A DNA stretch of 64,000 nucleotides from assembly GCA_009602725.1 (NCBI GenBank), contig WELB01000016.1, forward strand, positions 1,002,248-1,066,247, given 5' to 3'. The notes beneath the pieces were generated by a model, which had not been told where the DNA came from, made no database searches, and saw only the letters and a program-made list of their open reading frames with translations. Shown in pieces: positions 25,520 to 37,493 of this stretch. The DNA is from Spirogloea muscicola. Its lineage: Eukaryota. Both the position numbers and the translations under genes were made by a program. Positions within the stretch are counted from its first letter, which is position 1. Every line of letters starts with the position of its first letter.

Positions 25520-27700
25520 GCTATTTTGATCCTTGGCGGCTTCTAAGTGCATCTGCTATGCTTTGGATCCCATTGAAAAGCAAATCAGTCCAGTTGAGGC
25601 TGCAAAGCTACGTTGCTGCACTGCACGTTACATGTACGCGAGGGGTTGTAATGACGGCAGGTCCATCAAGATTGCGGATTGCAAAACTTGCTATGCGGCC
25701 GCCAGCATTGACCAACGTCTGCACTAGAACCAAATTTCCCCGCAATTCTCCTCCTCCAACAGCACCTGGATTTTATTTTTTTGATGGGCATTGGATGTAT
25801 AACGTTAATGTCTGCCTTGATGGTAAGTTTATTGGTTGCAGCCGAAAGTCGTAAATCCATACATCCAACAAAAGCTCGTGGTAATCGGAGAATTCTGCCA
25901 ATTCTGCCAGCTGAACTGCCAGCAGCGCTTGTGCCAGCAGCGCACAAGCACTTGTCAGGGTACGCCACTTGTTCCATAACAACACAGTAAACTTGCAGGA
26001 ATTGTATTTGTTGCACACCCTTCACGTCTTTTTTCTTGCTGTACCTGTCAATTCAGGATATACGAGAAGACATGGCAATTATGGCGTATTTACACATTCC
26101 ATCTGATATTGGCGCACAACTCTTCGCATGTGCTGTAGTTGTATTTGCATGTCTTCGTCCAACAAGATGCGCTTCACGCCAGTATTCATCATGAACTTCA
26201 TTACGCACTGTATATACTGTGTCGTTGTTGGGAGGTCCATCATAATTTAGTCCGTCTAGGTGCACGAGCCTAATGTTTCCATTATCATCATCTCCATACT
26301 TTATGCTAGAAATATGAGCCACAGAACATAGCATGTTACTTCGTGTTCTTGTTAGACAGCCTGCAACCAGTACTTCGAGACTTAGCAATACGAACAATGG
26401 GTTTTCTTCATTGTTTTGTGCGCTTTAGCTGCCCTTTTTGCCAACAGTTTCCCTCGATATTGTCTAGAAACGTCGGAAAAAGTTTGCGATACTCCCATGC
26501 TAAGATGTGCAATTTCCTTATACTCTCACCATCACAAGGATCTTGGGAACTTCTCACTTCACTGCTAATAAGTGTGCCAGCCTCGTTGCGACTGTAGATA
26601 CTCCTGCGTCCACATGATACATCGTCCGCAGTAGCAGCATCCACGCTAATATACCTTTCACTCACATAGTATATTCTTTAACATCCTCGAGTATATCTCT
26701 TGATTAGGGCTATATCGCAAAAAGAACTGCCATAATTTAAGACCAACATTTCCCATGCTCTACTTAGTAAATTAGGTGGTAGCATATCCCCCCTAATTAA
26801 TCCTGCTTTCCCAAGGACTTGACTTGTCGCTTGTAAAGCAATTTCTTGCGAGTACGTCATAAAATCTCTCGTGTTCTCTGTTCAAGTATTGCCGTATCTC
26901 TAAGAGGTATGTCTTCATAGGCTGCAGAAAATTCATTTATTGTTGTTGTCCCTATGTCTTTGTCTACAGTATTCGTATTATGTTATTCCTGATGTTCTTT
27001 GCATATTTCCTACAAAGTCGTGCGGCCATACTACGTTACCTTTCAAAGCTTTCATAGTCGTCCCTTATGGGCCACCCTATACCTACCCGCTTATGCTCAC
27101 TGCTACTATGTTAGCCATCACAGTTATGTGTGAGAATGTTGTTAGCAACGGTGAAGGGTCGTATAATAAAGTGTCATTGATAAGGCTTTCGTTTTTTCTC
27201 CATTCGGTTGTCTATTCAGCCTTACTTTCTGCCTTATTGGGGAGTATATGCCATGAAGCTGTTCCGCGCATTGCCTCTTTCTGCAAAGTGTCCATCTTGC
27301 AAAGTGCTTCAACTCTTAAGCAGGAATACTGGACAGCAGCCATCTCTCTTGTAGGAGCTATATCTAGAGGCATTGCATCTTGAATGTACACATCCATGGC
27401 AGCATCTGCATTAACGACGAGTGCCTTGGACCTCTCGATTGTCATGCAGCTCTCGTATTCTCTTATCGTTCTCGCAACTAGCTAAGCATCTGGGCTAGCA
27501 TATACAGGCACCAATCCCCTACCTTCTATTGGCGCTAATAAGAGATCATCTTTGGTGTCGTACCTAATTATCGTAAAGTCTGTGTCTTCATTTCCCGTTA
27601 TCTGTTTAAATGCATCGCGGAGAGGCCTCCTCTTTATCCATATATGTATGTGCTCAGCACCATATTGAAGATGCTTGCACGTCGGCCATGTACTAATCAC
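25520..27700 (-). pseudogene. Decayed, intronless, AT-rich long ORF of unknown origin (candidate endogenous viral element)
   Basis: Protein-like reading continues across in-frame stops and a few frameshifts. Some stops are sense codons in the second copy (TAG vs CAG at 'PDA*LV/PDAQLV'; TAG vs TGG at 'KAE*TT/KAKWTT'). Base composition differs from host exons. Confidence 0.5.
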
Positions 27701-27719
27701 CAGTCAATCTATAGCGCAA

Positions 27720-28050
27720 CGCAACCGTAAAAGACTTTTGAGGATGCGAGTTGCCCGCGGGTTGCAGAATTATTGTACAGATTCAAAGTGAGTTTTGCCG
27801 CACCCCAGCAATCCGTTGCGGCAGCACGATGACCAACCCGGACTCCGAGCTTGCCACCGACGTTGCCTTCATCCGCTCGTTCTACCTGCGTTTTGCACTG
27901 TGCTGTCGCGTTTGGACGCGCAGAAGAACAAGCACAAGAGGGTGCCGTCGCCAGTGACAATGACGCCGGGGCCGCAGGTAGAGATTTACCAATGCTTCAC
28001 GGTCCAACTTATCGTAGTAAAGAGGGTACAACTGTTGACGTCTTCTAGTA
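27720..28050 (+). mobile_element. Possible hAT-like transposase remnant (copy at 37690-38390 on the - strand)
   Basis: EDASCPRVAELL and FALC..F[DN][AP]QKNK loosely resemble hAT 'YPT' and 'LDPRxK' motifs. The right-arm-only segment has FRCILHV (CxxH). Weak. Confidence 0.25.
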
Positions 28051-28201
28051 ATGCGTAACACTAAGGTCTGCGCTACTTGTTGCTTGATTCTGCATTCTGA
28101 CATCATTTACGTTGTGCTAAATCTCTCATCCCTGCAACTATTGCAGGTTTGAGGTCGTCATTTCTTAATATATACGTATATATCTATATAAGCAAATAAT
28201 G

Positions 28202-28540
28202 CTAATAACAGCACGTTGCTTGTGCGCCAATCCAAATAGGGGTGCTCTGTGCATTGATGTTATACCATGTGCACTGCCCATTTGTCTGTGATAGTCCCGT
28301 ACTAACCAGATACACCCCACCATTAGGCGTATAAGGTACATTTAAATTGCATGCTATCCCTGTTATGATTTTATACTGAGATGGGCATTGTAGTTGGAAA
28401 TTGTAAGACGAATGGGCACCTATTGTAGTATGAAGACCGCCTGCAGGAGAATATGTGAGATTGCAGTTGGACACTGGTACTGCAGTTGTTCCACGGGCAA
28501 CAGCCATGCATAGCAAGAGAGAGATGAGAACATGCGTCAT
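28202..28540 (-). CDS. Small secreted Cys-rich protein (112 aa), PCSK9-C-terminal/resistin-like Cys pattern; copy 1
   Basis: Signal-peptide-like MTHVLISLLLCMAVARGTTA. Mature region C-x25-C-x11-C-x25-C-x19-CC. Intact and intronless; differs from copy 2 at 5 of 339 nt, four of them synonymous. Confidence 0.8.
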   Translation of the reverse strand: MTHVLISLLLCMAVARGTTAVPVSNCNLTYSPAGGLHTTIGAHSSYNFQLQCPSQYKIITGIACNLNVPYTPNGGVYLVSTGLSQTNGQCTWYNINAQSTPIWIGAQATCCY

Positions 28541-29124
28541 CTTCACGTTGTTGATGTGCCTCGTACGACAGCGCTCCATGCCTTCACACCAACACACACT
28601 GAGGGGCCAAGTCAGTGGAGGGCGTAGACACACCGCCGAGACAATACTGCCACAATACACTGAGCAAGCTGGTGCCCCAGGCAAGCAAAGCAATCATGGG
28701 AGCGCGCGAGTCATATCCCCAAAAAGCAAGGCAGCACGCGCAACTGAGGGAGCGGCCAGAGATGGAGTACGGACCAGCCTCTGGCACAAAGACAGATTTC
28801 GCCGCCCATCGGTGGTCGCTTTCACCTCCTCAACAATCAAGTAGGCAATCCGCTGACTGCAGGTGGTTACGCAGGCGAAATACTGACCTGGCAATTGCTG
28901 CCGGCGGGGTGGAGGATCACTTGACATTAGCCGACTCCCGTCGCGTGGATGCAGCCAGCGATTGAACGACGGTATCGATTGGCCCGCCGATGAAGATCCA
29001 CCCATTGCATTCTGGCAAGGGGTCACCAATCACAAGAGATCAGTCAGTGCCAGAGCATCAGAAGAAACCTTGCATTGCCAGCTGCATCATCACAGTAATA
29101 CGAGGCTAGCCAACACAAGGACAT

Positions 29125-29510
29125 CTCTGATACCAGATGTGTCGTCCTGATCCGTATTACACGCAGTCAGGGGTTAGTACGTCCTGATTGGAGTTCGGAC
29201 CTAGGTTGTTATGGGACCACCCCCTTACAGTGGAACGCCAGCGTATACTGCACGGGTCTGGCTTTACGAGCTGTCCCGGCATGAGAGGCGGCCATAGCAC
29301 TTACAGAGGGCCGGCGATGTCCGCAGCGACGAGCCGCGGCGACGGGCTGAGCAGCAGACGGCAGCAGCAGGGCTGTGGCGGCGGCTGCGGCAGCGGGCAA
29401 GCAGGCCTGTGCCTCCATCTGGGCGTCACTGGTTCGACTATGACAAACCTGGCCTTGACCTGCTACTTAAGGCGTTCCCTCTGCCCCCCCTCTCCCGAGG
29501 GTGTGATGAG
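29125..29510 (-). mobile_element. LTR-like segment ending ..CA, followed by a tRNA-iMet primer-binding site
   Basis: The minus strand reads gacaCA-tc-TGGTATCAGAG (PBS 29135-29125), the canonical plant tRNA-iMet PBS. No second LTR was recognised. Confidence 0.55.
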
Positions 29511-29519
29511 CCCCAAAGC

Positions 29520-31350
29520 CCCAAAGAAGAAGGGCTCGCCCATTGAGGATAGGCTGGAAAAAGCCAGCCCAAAAAAATAATGAACAAAGGACGAGAAGGG
29601 GCCAGGGGAAGCACTACGAAATACCAGCACAAGAAGAAGCTAAGCAGCTACAAAGCACTCAGTGACGCCTGCTCAGCAGCCTCAGGTCAGAGAGACTGGG
29701 TTCAAAGCTCCCAAAGCTCCCCTGGAGGCGCGGACCCGACAGTGGGGATTCGGATCCAGGGTAGATGCGGATCCAGGGTGAGCGCGTGCGGCGGCTGGCG
29801 CGTGCCACTCGTGGCGTAGGAGAAGAAGCAAGCGCGGCCAGATGTACTGGTGGCTGGGAGAGGCCAGCCCAAAGGAATTGACAGGCGTAGACGGAAGGAC
29901 TGGCGAAGAAGGAGAGCAAGCGCGGCCAGATTAACTGGTGGCTGGGAGAGGCCAGCCCAAAAGAATGGACAAGGTCTGAAGGAGGACTCGCCCACAGAGG
30001 ATGGGGGGCTGGGATAGGCCAGCCCAGAAAAGAAGGGCTGTAGGACGATGCCACGTGTCCGCACAGAGGTGAGGGAGGGCAGGGTGAGCAGCCGTGGGCC
30101 CGGAGCGTCGGTGCCGGCCAGCCGCCCCTGACGAATGGGGATGCTGGCGCGCGCCGCGCGAGCGGGCTGGATGGCCGGGCAAGTGGCCCGCCCACGTGCG
30201 AGTCTCGCCCGTCCTATAACACCCTCGCCAGGATCCACCCGTTCACGGGAGGATCTTTTGGGCCGCACGGGGCGTTTCGGAGGAGGTCGTGCGTGCCGGT
30301 CCGCTCCCCTCCCTGTGTGGCGACCTCTACCTGCCGACTCGTAATTAGTGAGTGGGTCAGCTTAGCAGGTGGTTTACATCTATCAATGTGCTTGACTTTG
30401 TACTTGCCACTCAGGCCCTCCATCGCTCATAACACACTCCACTTCTCCCCTGTAGGGAACATGCGGGATGGAAGGGTGGTGACGTCTTCCGAGATGGGAA
30501 AGGGAGAAAATAGCGGGGAGTGGCCCGCCCAGGTGCGGGTCCCGCCCGTCCGAATATCCTCGCCAGGATCCACCCGTTCACGGGAGGATCTTTGGGCCCG
30601 CACGGGGCGTTGCGGAGGAGGTCGTGCCTGCCATTCCGCTGTGGCGACCTCTACGTGCTGACTCGCGGTTAGTGAGTGGGTCAGCTTAGACGCAGGTAAT
30701 TCACATCTATCAATGTGCTTGATTTTGTACTTGCCACTCAGGCCTGCCATCACTCATGACACACGCCACTTCTTCCCCGTAGAGATAATGGGGAATGGGA
30801 AGGGTGGTTAGCTCCCATTTGCTGTAGTCTCTTGCACAGCTGTATGGTTTTCTCCCCCTCTTTAGCGCCTTCCGCCCCTCTGGACCTTGTCCAATTTTTC
30901 TGAGCTGGCGCTTACACAGCCCTCCCCCCTTTCTGAAGAGCTCAACTCTCACCCTCGGACCCCTGGACGTTGCCCCAGCAGAAGCGGTTGCTATATCACT
31001 ACTGCAGCCCCATCCTTGAAGAAGTGGCACTCCCCATCCTTTGCCTTCCCCTCCTTTCTTGCTCCGCCGGCAGCCGGGCTTGGTAATCCACAGCATTCGT
31101 TACACCTTGCATCTTCGTGCTCGTCGTGCCCTGGCTCCAGCTTCAGAGTACCAGGCGGGGCGACTCCTCCTGACTTCATACTCACCTATATGCGGCTGCA
31201 TGCTAGGGATACCCGAAAAGCTATCCTTAGTGGTCTCTTGCTTTCCTGCTTGATATGCGGCTAAAGGGTTCTTAAAACATTGTGCACTCTTTTGTGGGCT
31301 GGCTTTTTCAAAGCCCTCGCCCTTCCTTGGCAGTGCCGCTTCTTCAGCCA
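29520..31350. mobile_element. Nested stack of truncated non-LTR 3' ends (mirrored at 34180-36190)
   Basis: Repeated terminal motifs; SLSDLRLLSRRH* (29659), GDLYVLTRG* (~30670), TLHLRARRALA (~31110). Confidence 0.8.
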
Positions 31351-31989
31351 CTTGAAGAGCTGTGGTTTATCACTTTCTGGCCCTTCAGGCCTTGCATACA
31401 CCTTGCACGGCCATTGCCCCCTGTTGGAAGAACTCTCTTCCCAGTCCACACGTTTTTCTGCTGTCCTTTTGGACTGTTCTTGCTTAGGCTAATGAGAGAA
31501 ATAGAATTGCAGAAGTCTGCGATGTACAATCGGAGAGTTTCAGCTTGTGGTTGTTGGCCAAGGGGTAGTGGGTGGCTATTCAAAAATAGCCGCTGATCGT
31601 GCAGTATGATTTATCCTTTCGGGTTGGGGCTTGCTTGTATATCTTCTGTCCGTTCTTTTGAGCTGGCCGCCTGAAGCTAGTGGACTTGTTGTAAGAACTC
31701 TTTCTCTCATGACCATTGCTTGGTGCATGTGCATACAGCCCCTCCTACGACTCTGCTACCACAAACATTTAAAGGTGACCATCCCCCAAAGACGGTTTGT
31801 TGGTGGCTTCATGTGCATACTGTGAGGGGGAAGAAGCAGGCAGGCGAAATGGCAAATTGGTGACTCCATTGTCAAGTCACGCAAAAGGGCAAAGCTTGTA
31901 TCAGTGCTAGACCTGCTAATAGTCGTGATTGGAGGTCTATGTTGCAAACATCGCATGCAGAGCATAATGCTTTTCTTGCGCAGGTACTG

Positions 31990-32215
31990 GTAGATTGCAA
32001 CTACAGTGGGCCCGGAGGTGGAGTAATCAAGTACTTGGCGCAATCACTGTACGACCTCTGGTGTGCTGGCATGTTGTCCACCGTCACATTGATGCAACTG
32101 GAATAGATATAGGCGAAGCTCGCCGTTCTGGCTCCGGATGAGAAGCTGGTATTATAGTTGTCTGCTAAGTCAACGAATGTCAAGTTGGGCAGAGATGCAG
32201 AGCCCTGTGGCACAT
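31990..32215 (-). pseudogene. LRR C-terminal cap fragment related to the gene at 7-939
   Basis: LPNLTFVDLADNY...SCI...HQRSYSDCAKY parallels LPSLSSLKLDYNY...NCI...DQRPWIGQCEQF. Confidence 0.55.
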
Positions 32216-32414
32216 CACCTGTCAGGTCATCCCCTGTCGTGCTTCTGCTGCTGCTGTGCTGCGCTCACCACATGCAGCTGCTACTCCTGCTGCGTTGAGA
32301 GGGACAAAGAATGCGTCCCCTCCATATTGAGACTCCTCCATGCTTGCACTGCCGCCTCCGCTGCCGCCTTCTTCTTGACCGCAGCTGCCGCCATCCTGGT
32401 GGCCTCCTGGAAGC

Positions 32415-33385
32415 GGGCGCGCCCTCCTCCCCCCGGGCAGCGGCGTGATTATTAGCGCTCCCAATCTACGCGGCGCTCACAATACCCGACGAGGTTTTCA
32501 GGACGGCGGTCCACCGGCTCCTGGCCTCCTCCCTCCCTGCCTCGTCGGGATCCAACAGTGCGAGTGCGGTGCCCGCCACGATGAACCTGCGACGCTGGCT
32601 GCACATCTGCTCCGCTGCGCGCACGGGGGCGAGCAACCCGGTACACACGACCTCCTGCGCGACGCCATGCAGGGTGTGGTCCTGGAGGCCGGCTACAAGG
32701 TGGCAGTGGAAAATTCGACAATTATGCCCATCCAGCGGGGCGCCGACGGACTGCTTCACACCCGACGCACTGACCTAGTTGCCATCCCGCTTGGCGGAGG
32801 TCCGCGTATCATTGCAGATGTGGTGACTGCAGATTGCATCGATGCCGCCAACCCCGTAAAATCGGCGACGCTCGCCGGGCACGCGGTCGCTTTGGCGGCT
32901 CGGAGTTAGGAGCGCAAGTATGCTGACCACCCCCCAGGCGATGACTTCGCGGCCCTGGCCATTGACGTTCACGGGGCCTTTGGCAGCGGCTGGTTGAATC
33001 TCCTCCAGCGCTTGCCCGGCAGGCCATCGAGCGGCGGCCGGGGTCGCCCGGCTTCAATGCTGCCGGCTCCCTTGCTCAGGTATTTCGAATGAGGCTGGCG
33101 GTCTCGCTTCAACGCTCTTTGGCTCATGCGTTCCACGCGCGCGCTGGCCGCGCCATGGCTGCTGCCTCAGGGTCTCGGCAAAGTGCCGCTTTCCTGCTTC
33201 GAGTTATTCTGATTTGCTGTTGCTCACTCGTGGCTACTGATGATCCATCTGCATCATTTCGAGTCTTGGTGTGTAATGTTGACTTTCCGGGCACTGTTTT
33301 GTGGCCCTTGAGGCCTGCGGCCGTTTTCCATTCTTTTCTAGGCTGGCTTTGCTAGCCCCTTTTTTTCTATGGGCGAGCCTTTCCT
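32415..33385 (+). mobile_element. 5'-truncated CRE-like element (CCHC + RLE + 3' UTR)
   Basis: QCECG..HLLRCAHGG..HDLLRD, RRTDLVA..IIADVVT, ERKYADHP, RMRLAVSLQRS, SDLLLLTRGY*; terminal motif at ~33340-33385. Confidence 0.88.
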
Positions 33386-33573
33386 TCCGGCGCGGGCTCT
33401 GATTCTCTGCACATTTGGCCCAAGCCCTGCCTCGCTGCCGGCTCAACGCTCTATCTCCCCTCATCACTCAGTGGGCTCTGCCCAGCCGCTGGCACGCCGT
33501 TTAGCCCTCGACACGTTTTCGCTGCGTACAGTAGCCCGCCATGGCTGCTTGTTAACCATTCTGGACTTCACGG

Positions 33574-33726
33574 GGTGGCGCGGTGCCCACCCTGGCGCCC
33601 GGCGCACGGGTGCCTCGGTGGCACGGTGTCCACCCTGGCGCCCCGCGCACGGGGCCTCGGTGGCGCGGTGTCCACCCTGGCGCCCCGCGCACGGGGCCCC
33701 GGTGGCGTGGTGTCCACCCTGGCGCC
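33574..33726. repeat. GC-rich 42-bp tandem repeat, ~3.6 units, two hairpins per unit
   Basis: Unit ggtggcgcggtgtccaccctggcgccccgcgcacggggcctc: GGTGG..CCACC and CCCCG-cgca-CGGGG. Confidence 0.85.
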
Positions 33727-36199
33727 TGGCCCGTGACCGACCTGGCCTCGCCAGGTAGTCGCGCACGTGGGGCCTCGGTCCGCAACATTGAGCCCTCAGG
33801 GTGGTAAACCCACCGGAAGCGGAATGATGCCGCTCGTTCAGCTCACCGAGCTTGCCGCCTCGTCAGTTGCTGTTGTCTGTAGAAGTACGTCAACGGGCAA
33901 TGATCCAAGACTACTGAAAAGTCACACCTTCAAGGTATCCGATGGAGCAGTGGCAACCACAGGAGCAATGTCCTATGGATGAGCGGCAACCACAGGAGCA
34001 ATATCCAATGGATCGATGCCAGATTTTAGGATACGTCCTGAACTTGCCTCCATTCACTGAGCACAATGCAGCTTGTCCACAACAAAGGCAGTGTCCTCAG
34101 AGCAAGAAACGTTCCGTGCAATGTGATTATTCAAAAACAAAATCCACCCCAAAATCCACAGCTCTTCAAAGTGGCTGAATAAGCGGCACTGCCAAAGAGG
34201 GCGAGGGCTTTGGAAAAAGCCAGCCCACGAAAGAGTGAACAATGTCTGAAGAACCCTATAGCCGTATATCAAGCAGGAAAGCAAGAGATCACTAAGGATG
34301 GCTGCTCGGTGACCCCTAGTAAGAACAAGTGCTCGCCCATCGAGAAGAGGGGCTGGCAAAGCCAGCCCAAAAGAAGAATAGACAATGTCCAAAGCCAAAG
34401 AAAGAGGAGCCGGAAGAAGTAAGCAGTCTAGTAAGCAGCTGCATATAGATGAGTATGAAGTCAGAAGGAGTCGGCCCGCCTGGTACTCTGAGGCTGTAGC
34501 CAGGGCACGACGAGCATGCAGATGCAAGGTGTAACGAATGCTGTGGATTACCAAGCCGGGCTGCCGGCGGAGCAAGAAAGGAGGGGAAGCAAAGGATGGG
34601 GCTGCAGTAGTGAAACCGCGACCGCTACTGCTGGGGCAAAGTCCAGAGGCCCGAGGGTGAGAATTGAGCTCTTCCGAAGGGGGCGAGGGCTGTGTAAGCG
34701 GCAGCTCAGAAAAATTGGACAAGGTTCGAAGGGGCGGCAAGGCGCTAAAGAGGGGGAGAAAAGCACACAGCTATGCAAGCGACTACAGCAAATAGGAGCT
34801 AATCACCCTTCCCATTCCCCATCATCTCTACGGGGGAGAAGTGGTGTGTCATGAGTGATGGCGGGCCTGAGTGGCAAATACAAAATCAAGCACATTGATA
34901 GATGTGCATCACCTGCTGCTAAGTGCATCACTGCTAAGCTGACCCACTCACTAATCACGAGTCAGCACTTTGAGGTCGCCACACGGGGAGGGGAGCGGAC
35001 CGGCAGGCACGACCTCCTCCGGAACGCCCCGTGCGGGCCCAAAGATCCTCCCAAGAACGGGTGAATTCTGGCAAGGGTATTCGGACGGGCGGGACCCGCA
35101 CCTGGGCGGGCCCACTCCCGCTATTTTCTCCCTTTCCCCATTTGGGGATAGTTTTCCGGCAGCTAGTCTGTCGGATTTGAGGCTCCTCGCTCATAAGTAC
35201 TGAGTGGTCCATCCTCCACCGTTGAAATATAGCATCTTCAGGCCCCTTAGTAGCTGCTAAACGCTTTTTTAGGCCCCTCCATCATTTGGCCCCTTCGAAC
35301 CTTTGTCAAATTTTTTCCGGGCTGGCTTTTCGCAGCCCTTGCCCCCATTGGGAGTGCAACTTCCTCTTTCCCATCCCGGAAGACGTCACCACCCTTCCAT
35401 CCCGCATGTTCCCTACGGGGGAGAAGTGGAGTGTGTTATGAGTGATGGGAAGCCCTGAGTGGCAAGTACAAAGTCAAGCACATTGATAGACGTAAATGTA
35501 GACCTGCTAAGCTGACCCACTCACTAACCACGAGTCGGCACGTAGAGGTCGCCACACGGGGAGGGCAGCGGACCGGCGCGCACGACCTCCTCCGGAACGC
35601 CCCGCGCGGGCCTAAAGATCCTCCCTTGGATGGGTGGATCCTGGCGAGGGTGTTATAGGACGGGCGAGACCTGCACGTGGGCACGTGGGCAGGCCACTTG
35701 CCCGGCCATCCAGCCCGGCCGCGGCAGCATCCCATTCGTCAGGGGCGATTGGCCGGCACCGACGCTCCGGGCCCACGGCTGCTCACCCTGCCCTCCCTCA
35801 CCTCTGTCCAGACACGTGGCATCGTCCTACAGCCCTTCTTTTCTGGGTTGGCCTATTCCAGCCCCTATTATCCTCTATGGGCGAGTCCTCCTTCTACGCC
35901 ACGAGCGGCACGCGCCAGTCGCCGCACGCGCTTACCCTGGATCTGCATCTACCCGAGATCCGCATCCCCTCTGTGGGGTCCGCGCCTCCAGGGGAGCTTT
36001 GGGAGCTTTGAACCCAGTCTCTCTGACCTGGGGCTTCTTAGCAGGGGTCACTGAGTGCTTTGTAGCTGCTTAGCTTCTTCTTGTGCTGGTTTTTCGTAGT
36101 GCTTCCCCTGGCCCCTTCTCGTCCTTTGTTCATTATTTTTGGGCTGGCTCTTTCCAGCCCCTATCCTCAATGGGCGAGCCCTTCTTCTTTGGGCTGCCC

Positions 36200-36591
36200 T
36201 CATCACACCCTCGGGAGAGGGGGGGCAGAGGGAACGCCATAAGTAGCAGGCCGAGGCCAGTCTCGGCTCCGTCGAACCAGTGACGCCCAGCTGGAGGCAC
36301 AGGCCTGCTTGCCCGCTGCCGCAGCCGCCACCACAGCTCTGCTGCTGCCGTATGCTGCTCAGCCCGTCGCCGCGGCTCGTCGCTGGGGACATCGCCGGCC
36401 CTCTGTAAGTGTTATGGCTGCCTCTCATGCCAGGACAGCTCGTAAAGCCAGGCCCTTCCGCTGTGCAGTATACGCTGGCGTTCCACAGTAAGGGGGTTGT
36501 CCCATAACCCCCTAGGTCCGAACTCCAATCAGGACGTTCTAACCCCTAACTACGTGTAATTTGGATCAGGACGTCACGTCTGGTATCAGAG
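36200..36591 (+). mobile_element. LTR-like segment + tRNA-iMet PBS (copy 2)
   Basis: TGGTATCAGAG at 36581-36591; upstream sequence matches 29138-29510. Confidence 0.55.
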
Positions 36592-37154
36592 GTGTTCTTG
36601 TGATGGCTAGCCTTGTGATGATGCAGCTGACAATGCAGGGTTCCTTCTGATGCTCTGGCACTGACTGGTCTCTTGTGATTGGTGACCCCTTGCCAGATTT
36701 TAATGGGTGGATCTGCATCGGCGGGCCAATCGATACTGTCGATCACTCGTTGGCTGCATCCACGCAACGGAAGTCGGCCAATGTCAAGTGATCCTCCACC
36801 CCGCCGGCAGCAATTGCCAGGTCAGTATTTCGCCTGCGTAACCACCTGCGGTCAGCAGATTGCCCATTTGATTGTTAAGGAGGTGAAAGCGACCGCCGAT
36901 GGGCGGCCAGTGTCAGAGGCTGGTCCGTACTCCATCTCTGGCTGCTCCCTCAGTTGCGTGTGCTGCTTTACGTTTTGGGGATATGACTCGCGCGCTCCCA
37001 TGATTGCTTTGCTTGCCTGGGGCACCAGCTTGCTCAGTGTATTGTGGCAGTATTGTCTCGGCGGTGTGTCTACGCCCTCCACTGACTTGGCCCCTCAGTG
37101 TGTTGGTGTGAAGGCATGGAGCGCTGTCGTACGAGGCACATCAACAACGTGAAG

Positions 37155-37493
37155 ATGACGCATATTCTCATCTCTCTCTTGCTATGCATGGCTGTTGCCC
37201 GTGGAACAACTGCAGTACCAGTGTCCAACTGCAATCTCACATATTCTCCTGCAGGCGGTCTTCATACTACAATAGGTGCCCATTCGTCTTACAATTTCCA
37301 ACTACAATGCCCGTCTCAGTATAAAATCATAACAGGGATAGCATGCAATTTAAATGTTCCTTACACACCTAATGGTGGGGTGTATCTGGTTAGTACGGGA
37401 CTATCACAGACAAATGGGCAGTGCACATGGTATAACATCAATGCACAGAGCACCCCTATTTGGATTGGCGCACAAGCAACGTGCTGTTATTAG
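37155..37493 (+). CDS. Small secreted Cys-rich protein (112 aa); copy 2
   Basis: Identical protein to 28202-28540 except V4I; followed by a (TA)n tract as in copy 1. Confidence 0.8.
   Translation: MTHILISLLLCMAVARGTTAVPVSNCNLTYSPAGGLHTTIGAHSSYNFQLQCPSQYKIITGIACNLNVPYTPNGGVYLVSTGLSQTNGQCTWYNINAQSTPIWIGAQATCCY

Larger units (their letters stand above)
26170..31365. repeat. Left arm of ~5-kb inverted segmental duplication (partner 34156-39085)
   Basis: Colinear reverse-complement matches: 31365-30500 with 34156-35130, 30500-28200 with 35370-37500, 28200-27710 with 37500-38000, 27680-27105 with 38390-38970, 26270-26170 with 38975-39085. Confidence 0.9.

Noticed and set aside
26280..26470. RdRp motifs (YGDD; IEGNCWQKG resembling Mononegavirales motif B) in the AT-rich ORF
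   Set aside because: The two motifs are in different frames and belong to different RdRp classes, with no motif A and an atypical context after YGDD; insufficient to call an RdRp.
33574..33726. CRISPR-like array
   Set aside because: Units are contiguous with no unique spacers; eukaryotic context and no cas genes.
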